Position numbers and translations under genes: made by a program
Shown: positions 58,307-64,000 of the stretch, piece after piece
Position numbering within the stretch: position 1 is the first letter of the stretch
Layout of the letters: each line of letters starts with the position of its first letter
Origin: Clostridium thermobutyricum
Lineage (GTDB): Bacteria > Bacillota > Clostridia > Ch29
NCBI GenBank assembly: GCA_016842005.1
Contig: JAENYD010000009.1
Location: forward strand, 20,315 to 84,314
Length of the DNA stretch: 64,000 bases
Reading direction: 5' to 3'
The notes under the pieces: model-generated
Told to the model about the DNA's origin: nothing
The model's database searches: none
Seen by the model: the letters and a program-made list of their open reading frames with translations, nothing else

Positions 58307-58753
58307 GTGGAAGACAGCAGAATACTCAGCCTTATATTGGATAAAATAACAAATATAGAAAAAAACCAGCAAAAACTGGAACAGGATATGGCTGAGATGA
58401 AGGCCGAAGTAACCAGCCTCAAGACAGAAATGGCCGGCATGAAGACCGAAATAGCCGAAATGAAAGCCGAAATGACCTGCATGAAGACCGAGATTGCCGA
58501 CATGAAGGCAGAAATGGCCGGCATGAAGACCGAGATTGCCGACATGAAGACCGAAATGGCCGATATGAAGACCGAAATAACCGGCATAAAAACCGAGATT
58601 GCCAGTATGAAGACAGAAATGTCCGACATGAAGAAAACTGTCGATTTCATCAGTGCAAATCAAAAAACCGTTATGTATTATATAGTGCATATAGACAAGG
58701 CATTCAACGAGCAGTCCAAGAGGATTGAAGAGCTGGAGCAGAAAATATGCTAA
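58307..58753 (+). CDS. Met-rich heptad-repeat coiled-coil protein (about 12 repeats of MKTEIAD/MKAEMAG); GTG start
   Basis: In-frame 21-nt tandem repeats. Codon pattern K at e, E at g, and Met/Ile at a/d. Flanked by terminators. Confidence 0.6.
   Translation: MEDSRILSLILDKITNIEKNQQKLEQDMAEMKAEVTSLKTEMAGMKTEIAEMKAEMTCMKTEIADMKAEMAGMKTEIADMKTEMADMKTEITGIKTEIASMKTEMSDMKKTVDFISANQKTVMYYIVHIDKAFNEQSKRIEELEQKIC
58388..58636 (+). repeat. About 12 tandem copies of a 21-bp repeat (atgaagaccgagattgccgac variants)
   Basis: Visible periodicity. In-frame within the coiled-coil gene. Generates shadow ORFs on both strands. Confidence 0.85.
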
Positions 58754-58781
58754 AAACCCCGCCTCTAAGGCGGGATTTTTA
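58754..58781. terminator. Bidirectional terminator between the coiled-coil gene and the SLH gene
   Basis: aaaaaCCCCGCCtctaaGGCGGGattttt. Confidence 0.65.
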
Positions 58782-58788
58782 ATGAGAA

Positions 58789-60828
58789 TTAACCGTCTAT
58801 TTTCACAACCTTGCATCCATCGAATTCAAGCCGGACCTCCATCCCCTGGTCAATATCCTCCAGGTCCGCTTCTTCCCCGTCCAGCTCCACTTCAACGTCT
58901 TCATCCAGGTCATAGGTCTCGGTGTCACCGTACAGCTCCAGCTTTATTTCCATGTCATCCTCATCCACCCGGACCACTTCTCCTGCTACACTGTCCAGTT
59001 CCGCATATACTGTCTCGACAACCGTTCTGTTTATTATCCTGACCTCCACTTCCATGCCCAGCTTCAGGTCGTCGAAATCCGCAGCATCATCATCCACATA
59101 TATATCCGCATCTTCCAGGCAGTAGTCTTCTTCGTCCCCGTCATCCTCTACAGTGATTTCCTCGTCGTCTCCGTCTATGGCTGTGATGACCCCGTCAGCC
59201 CCGCTTACAGTGTTCTCCGCCCTTATCCTGAGCGCCAGGCCGGCCCTGTACCGGACTTCCACCTCCATGTTCACCGCCAGGTCATCAAAACCGGCATCTT
59301 CACCGTCAATCTCTATATCCGTATCCTGGTCCACCGCCAGTGTCTTATAAGCGCTGCCGTATTTCACAGTAATTTCGTCTTCATCTATATCGTAAATCCT
59401 GCCTTCCACTTCCCTGATGTCCTCTGTCTCCGCATCAATCTCCAGGGCCAGGGTGCCTTCCACCGCCATCTCCACTGCCATACCGCTTTCCAGGTCGGCC
59501 AGCGCAGCATCTTCCCCGTCCAGGGTAATCTCCGTATCATCGTCAACATTGTAGGTTTTTACCTGACCACTGTCCAGTTTTATGGTTATTCCTTTCACAC
59601 TGCCCAGGGTTATGGCATATACGGTGCCTTCCACTTCCGCAGTCTCTTCCTCTTCGTCTTCCCTGTCTCCTTCAGCTTTTATCGACATGACCCTGTTATA
59701 GTTATCCACCTTCAGCCTTACTTCATCTCCCACCCGGATATCTTCCAGATCCGCTTCTTCTCCGTTCACCTCAATATCCGCGGTGGATTTGACCGTAAAA
59801 ATGAATATGGCAGTACCCGATTTAACCGTTATTTCCCTGTCATCCACATCCAGGGCCTTGACCTCTCCCCGGAAATCCTCAATCAGCTTGTCGGTTTCCC
59901 TGTCCTTCAGTTCTATGAATACGACCCTGCCTTCATCATTCAGCAGTATCTCTACCATGTCTCCTTCTTTCAGCCTGCCGAAGTCGTAATACTTACCGTC
60001 ATAGTAGACCTGGATCCCTTCAACGGTCCTGTACTCAATCCCGTCACCGTCCACATCCAGGACCAGCTCGTTATTGCCCGTATTTATGTCAACTACCCTG
60101 CCTTCAACATCCCTCTCGTCCGCATCGCTGTCCACCTTGCCGTCAATCCTGTCAATCAGGACAGCCATTTCAGCCCTGGTCACCGCCCTGTTGGGATTGA
60201 ACGTCCCGTCGGCATTGCCCACCATCAGGCCCAGGTCGCTTATCACGTACACATACCCCACCGCTCCCACAGGTATTGCCGGATAGTCCTTGAACTCCAG
60301 CTCTTCATCCATGTGGGCCTCGGCTTCGTCCTCGTACCCCAGGGCCCTTACCATGTATTTGGCCACTTCCCACCGTTTGGCAGGCTCGTTGGGATTGAAG
60401 TACATCAGATCCACTTCATCCAGTATCCCTTTTTCAGCCGCAACTTTAACATAACCCCATGCCCACTGGTCTACTTTTTTTCCCTTATAGCCGGAGGGCA
60501 GATTACTGGTCCTCAGGGCCTTTTCTTCCCAGCCCATCACCCTCAGGGCCATAATTACCGCTTCCAGTTTTGTAACCGAACGCATGGGCCTGAAAGTTTT
60601 GTCCCCGTATCCTTTGATGAGTCCCTTCACCGACATCTTTTCCATGGCATGTTTGGCCCACGGGACCTCGTCAAGGTCTTTCAGACCGCTGAATACCGCC
60701 AGGGTTATCTGTTTCTGCAGTCCCGGAGGCAGACCTCCCCCCGTCTTCCATTTGGGAGCTGCATATCCCGTAACAGAGACCCCAAAGATCATAACAACGA
60801 TCAGTGATACCGCCAGTAGCCTTTTCAT
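58789..60828 (-). CDS. SLH-domain surface protein with about eight tandem acidic beta-rich repeats of about 65 aa
   Basis: Signal peptide, SLH domains, and repeats containing LDGEEADLEDI-like loops. Confidence 0.8.
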   Translation of the reverse strand: MKRLLAVSLIVVMIFGVSVTGYAAPKWKTGGGLPPGLQKQITLAVFSGLKDLDEVPWAKHAMEKMSVKGLIKGYGDKTFRPMRSVTKLEAVIMALRVMGWEEKALRTSNLPSGYKGKKVDQWAWGYVKVAAEKGILDEVDLMYFNPNEPAKRWEVAKYMVRALGYEDEAEAHMDEELEFKDYPAIPVGAVGYVYVISDLGLMVGNADGTFNPNRAVTRAEMAVLIDRIDGKVDSDADERDVEGRVVDINTGNNELVLDVDGDGIEYRTVEGIQVYYDGKYYDFGRLKEGDMVEILLNDEGRVVFIELKDRETDKLIEDFRGEVKALDVDDREITVKSGTAIFIFTVKSTADIEVNGEEADLEDIRVGDEVRLKVDNYNRVMSIKAEGDREDEEEETAEVEGTVYAITLGSVKGITIKLDSGQVKTYNVDDDTEITLDGEDAALADLESGMAVEMAVEGTLALEIDAETEDIREVEGRIYDIDEDEITVKYGSAYKTLAVDQDTDIEIDGEDAGFDDLAVNMEVEVRYRAGLALRIRAENTVSGADGVITAIDGDDEEITVEDDGDEEDYCLEDADIYVDDDAADFDDLKLGMEVEVRIINRTVVETVYAELDSVAGEVVRVDEDDMEIKLELYGDTETYDLDEDVEVELDGEEADLEDIDQGMEVRLEFDGCKVVKIDG

Positions 60829-60919
60829 ATGCTGTTCCTCCTTTCACAATTATTAGTATGTATGTCTTTGTCTGTTATATGTATACGTAAAAAACAACGA
60901 CAATCTGGGGGTAAGACAG

Positions 60920-60960
60920 AAAAAAAAGAAAACCCCTTTTTATAAGGTTTTCTTTTTTCT
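60920..60960. terminator. Bidirectional terminator between the SLH gene start region and TetR
   Basis: aaaaaaaaGAAAACCcctttttataaGGTTTTCtttttt. Confidence 0.6.
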
Positions 60961-60961
60961 G

Positions 60962-61582
60962 TCATTGGAGTGCATCCTCGATAAAACCAGAAGAACCGTC
61001 CCTTTTGTTTTCTCTGTTTTTTATCCCGTGCAGATAGTAGTCCACCATTTTATCAAGGGCCTTTACGTCCATCTCTTTATCCAGATGCATCATTATCCCG
61101 ACTTCTTTTAAGATACCCATGAACAGCATCCCGGCCAGATAGGGGTCAACTTCTCTGAATACTCCTTTTTCCATGCCTTCCTCAATGATTTGAACTATAA
61201 AATTCAGGACTCTTCCCCTGAACAGCATAAACTTATCGAATATATCACCGTGGGTTTCCCAGGTACTGCGTATTATCAACCGTGCCATGTCCCTGTAATT
61301 CTCCACAAAGGCATAATGGAGAAATACAAAACTCCTCAGCTTCTCCCCGGCATCTTCTATGTTTTCCAGTTTTTCCGCCGTATGGGCCAGAAACATCTCC
61401 AGACCGCCGGATATCATTTCATCAAAGAGCTGTTTCTTGCTGCTGAAATATTCGTATATGGTGCTTTTGCCAATACCCGCTTCCAGGGCGATATCCTCCA
61501 TCCTGGCCCTGTGGAACCCCATATTTCCGAAAACCCTGGCCGCCGCCTCCAGTATTTCATCTCTTCTCCCTTTTTCTCTCAA
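60962..61582 (-). CDS. TetR/AcrR family transcriptional regulator
   Basis: N-terminal HTH (IALEAGIGKSTIYEYF). Confidence 0.9.
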   Translation of the reverse strand: MREKGRRDEILEAAARVFGNMGFHRARMEDIALEAGIGKSTIYEYFSSKKQLFDEMISGGLEMFLAHTAEKLENIEDAGEKLRSFVFLHYAFVENYRDMARLIIRSTWETHGDIFDKFMLFRGRVLNFIVQIIEEGMEKGVFREVDPYLAGMLFMGILKEVGIMMHLDKEMDVKALDKMVDYYLHGIKNRENKRDGSSGFIEDALQ

Positions 61583-61598
61583 GGTTGTCCTCCCCTGT

Positions 61599-62837
61599 TT
61601 ACATTCCTGAAGACCCGGAACCCTGGCCGGACTGCCCGCCGGCAGACATACCGCTCATACCGGAGGAACCGGCGGGCGAAATGCCTATGCCGTAGGATGC
61701 CTCAAACTGTTTTCTCGCCAGGTTGTAGGCATGGACAGACTGCAGCCGCTGCAGCTTCACCTCGTTCAGGGCATTGAGGGCATTCACCACATCATGGCTG
61801 GTAGCCATACCCACGTCGTATCTCAGCTGGGCCAGGTGGTAGGCCTGCTCAAGCCTCTCCACATTCTTATCCAGGACCCCTATGCTGTCATAGGCGCTCA
61901 TCATGTCCATATAGGCCTTTCTCACCGAAAGCTCTATGTCCTGTTCGGTGCTCACAAGGGAATAATAGCTGCTGTCCATCTGGTATTGGGCTTCTTTATA
62001 CGCATAAGTGGTAGATGTATAGAAGCCGCCTGTAAGGTCCAGATTCCTTTTGTCCATTTCATACTGTTCCCTGGCCGCAATAATCTCGTACCTGTTTTCC
62101 AAGGCCTGGGCCACCCTTTCCTCCAGGTCCTCTTCCGGCGGCTGGTCATATGTCAGCTCATCGGTTAATACCACTTCGGTCTTCAAAGGGAGCCCCAGGG
62201 TCTTGTTAAAGGTCATGGCCTTGTATTCGGCCTCCCTCACCGCCGTATTGTAGCTGAGCCTTGCAGATTCCAGGCTGGCTTCGGCGGATAATACATCCAC
62301 CTCGGATACCATCCCCAGCTCGAATTTTTTATCCACAATGTCCATATCCCTGCCGGCGGCATCCAGCACGCTTTTTTGAATTTCTACCTTGTCCCTGGCA
62401 AACAGGAGGTCAAAGTAAGCACTTTCCACAGAAAATTTAACAATCTCGGCAGTCTGCTCTTCTCCTTTTCTTGCAAGGGTTACACCCATCTCCGCCAGGT
62501 CTTTGTAATAACCTTCTTTCAGCTTATAGGCCTCAAACCTGTCCGAAAGAGACACGGTTCCGCTCTCTGCGCTTGCCAGAATATCATAATAACTTTTCCC
62601 GTCTTTATAGGCGTCATTCGCTTCCTTATAGGCGACTTCTGCCGTGTCCACCGCCACTGCGCTCAGCTTGACAAGACTGCTGTTTTCCAGGGCATAATCC
62701 ACTGCTTCCTGCAGGGAAAACTCCTTTGAACCGGCTGCCTGCTCCGCCGCCGCTTCAGGCTGTCCCACCGCCGCCGTTCCAGCCAGCACGCAAACCGTCA
62801 GTATGCCTGCAACCGCCAGTACCATTTTCCTTTTCAT
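61599..62837 (-). CDS. TolC-family outer-membrane efflux protein
   Basis: Signal peptide plus two OEP repeats. Start at MKRKM with a GAGGAGG RBS. Confidence 0.75.
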   Translation of the reverse strand: MKRKMVLAVAGILTVCVLAGTAAVGQPEAAAEQAAGSKEFSLQEAVDYALENSSLVKLSAVAVDTAEVAYKEANDAYKDGKSYYDILASAESGTVSLSDRFEAYKLKEGYYKDLAEMGVTLARKGEEQTAEIVKFSVESAYFDLLFARDKVEIQKSVLDAAGRDMDIVDKKFELGMVSEVDVLSAEASLESARLSYNTAVREAEYKAMTFNKTLGLPLKTEVVLTDELTYDQPPEEDLEERVAQALENRYEIIAAREQYEMDKRNLDLTGGFYTSTTYAYKEAQYQMDSSYYSLVSTEQDIELSVRKAYMDMMSAYDSIGVLDKNVERLEQAYHLAQLRYDVGMATSHDVVNALNALNEVKLQRLQSVHAYNLARKQFEASYGIGISPAGSSGMSGMSAGGQSGQGSGSSGM

Positions 62838-62883
62838 CCCGGCAACCTCCTCAAAAATGTTAATTTGCCTCATTTGCGTCCAC

Positions 62884-64000
62884 TTATATATTCGCCGTTT
62901 TGCCTCTGAAAACCTTCCTGCTCACCTTCCTGCCGAAATCGTCCATGATGGTGTACATGACAGGGATAACCACCAGGGTCAGGACGGTGGAAAACGCAAG
63001 GCCCCCTATTACCGCCGTCGCCAGCGGAGCCTGCGTCTCGGAACCTTCGCCCAGCCCCAAAGCCATGGGCATAAGGCCCAGCATGGTGGTCAGGGCTGTC
63101 ATGAGTATGGGGCGCAACCTGGTGGGCCCTGCCTTCAGGATGGCCGCATTCCTCTCTTCCCCCCTGGACCTCAGGGTGTTGATGTAATCCACCAGCACTA
63201 TGGCATTGTTCACAACAATACCCGAGAGCATGATTATCCCTATGAAGGCCGGCACACTCAACGGCCGGCCGGTTATAACCAGTCCTCCCATGGCCCCTGT
63301 CAGCGCAAAGGGAATGGAAAACATTATTATGAAGGGATATACCAGGGACTCGAACTGGGACGCCATTATCATGTATACCAGTATAACCGCCAGCGCCAGG
63401 GCCTGGCCAAGGCTCCTGAAGGAATCCACCATTTCTTCGTTTTCACCGCCGTACTCTATCGTATAGCCGGCAGGCAGGGGATATCTGGCCACCCCCGCCT
63501 GAATGTCCTTCATGACGCTCCGGAGGTCCCTGCCGAAAATCCCGGACGTTACCGTAACCACCCTGACCTGGTCGGTCCTGCTTATACTGCTGGGTCCCTC
63601 TTCGATTACGGTATCGGCAACCTCACTCAGGGGAACCTGGTACCCTGCAGGGGATGAAATTATCAGGTTCTGCAGGCTCCGGATATCTTTTCCGTACTCT
63701 TCCCGGAGGGCCACCGTTATGTCTATCTCGTCTCCCCCCACCCGGTACCGTGTCGCCACCTGGCCTCCTATGGCCGTCTGCAGGGTTGAGGCTATGGTGG
63801 TTACATTTAACCCGTAAAGGGAAGCCCGGTTCCGGTCCACCTTTATGCGGGCCTCCGGTTTGCCTTCATCTATGGAAGACTTTGTCTCCCTGGTACCCTC
63901 CACATTCTGTACAATGCCTTTTATGTCCTCTGCAATGCCGGACAGCACTTCCAGGTCGTCACCCTTTATCTCTATATTTACCGGGCTCCCGCCGCTGTGA
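62884..64000 (-). CDS. RND (AcrB/HAE1-type) efflux permease, C-terminal part; 5' end lies beyond the window
   Basis: C-terminal TM bundle characteristic of AcrB. The frame continues to the window edge. Confidence 0.85.
   Translation of the reverse strand, partial: HSGGSPVNIEIKGDDLEVLSGIAEDIKGIVQNVEGTRETKSSIDEGKPEARIKVDRNRASLYGLNVTTIASTLQTAIGGQVATRYRVGGDEIDITVALREEYGKDIRSLQNLIISSPAGYQVPLSEVADTVIEEGPSSISRTDQVRVVTVTSGIFGRDLRSVMKDIQAGVARYPLPAGYTIEYGGENEEMVDSFRSLGQALALAVILVYMIMASQFESLVYPFIIMFSIPFALTGAMGGLVITGRPLSVPAFIGIIMLSGIVVNNAIVLVDYINTLRSRGEERNAAILKAGPTRLRPILMTALTTMLGLMPMALGLGEGSETQAPLATAVIGGLAFSTVLTLVVIPVMYTIMDDFGRKVSRKVFRGKTANI

Noticed and set aside
58147-58816. Minus-strand ORFs (58147-58650, 58286-58816) and the possibility of a CRISPR-like array in the 21-bp tandem repeats
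   Set aside because: The repeats are contiguous with no spacers and are in frame with a plus-strand coiled-coil gene that has an RBS and terminator. The minus ORFs are low-complexity shadows of the repeat.
60987-61001. 15-nt exact match to one arm of the palindromic repeat, located inside the TetR coding region, as a possible third element copy
   Set aside because: Only a half-arm is present and it is in frame within a plausible TetR C-terminus. It is noted under findings as a curiosity, but not called as a repeat feature.

Overview
The window is a Firmicutes-type (Clostridia-like) chromosomal segment, with synteny resembling the Bacillus ywl-atp-murA and rho-glpX-tal neighbourhoods. Nearly all genes are on the minus strand. 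Left to right:

- asnB (5' partial) and glnA.
- A complete F1Fo ATP synthase operon (atpZ-I-B-E-E-F-H-A-G-D-C) followed by ywmB-like and murA.
- A complete V/A-type ATPase operon (ntpF-I-K-E-C-G-A-B-D).
- An ato-like short-chain fatty-acid/acetoacetate locus (CoA-transferase AB, thiolase, AtoE) driven by three sigma-54 promoters.
- wecB, tagO, upp, rpiB, ywlE, tsaC, a ZIP transporter, a PII-like protein with a CPA2 antiporter, prfA, prmC, a DUF1385 gene and rpmE.
- An aminotransferase.
- A citrate-fermentation locus (citXFEDC, 2-HCT transporter, CitAB two-component system).
- A VapBC toxin-antitoxin pair, rho, glpX, tal and a cupin.
- Two large SLH-domain surface proteins flanking a Met-rich heptad-repeat coiled-coil gene.
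- A TetR-TolC-RND efflux set (RND is 5' partial).

The most unusual feature is the F-type c-ring gene pair. One 266-aa gene encodes three fused c-subunit hairpins, and the third hairpin has lost the ion-binding carboxylate (E to Q). It is followed by a canonical single-hairpin c gene with a complete Na+-binding signature.

Other notable structure:
- A long perfect palindromic repeat inserted between atpD and atpC, with a second copy after murA.
- A family of about 120-nt structured elements with three copies.
- An AT-rich two-gene island (ClpP/SppA-class protease with a zinc ribbon plus a small acidic protein) between the two ATPase operons.
- Sigma-54 promoter and palindrome architecture in the ato locus.
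- A 21-bp tandem-repeat gene encoding a methionine-zipper-like coiled coil.

No rRNA, tRNA or CRISPR array was recognised.
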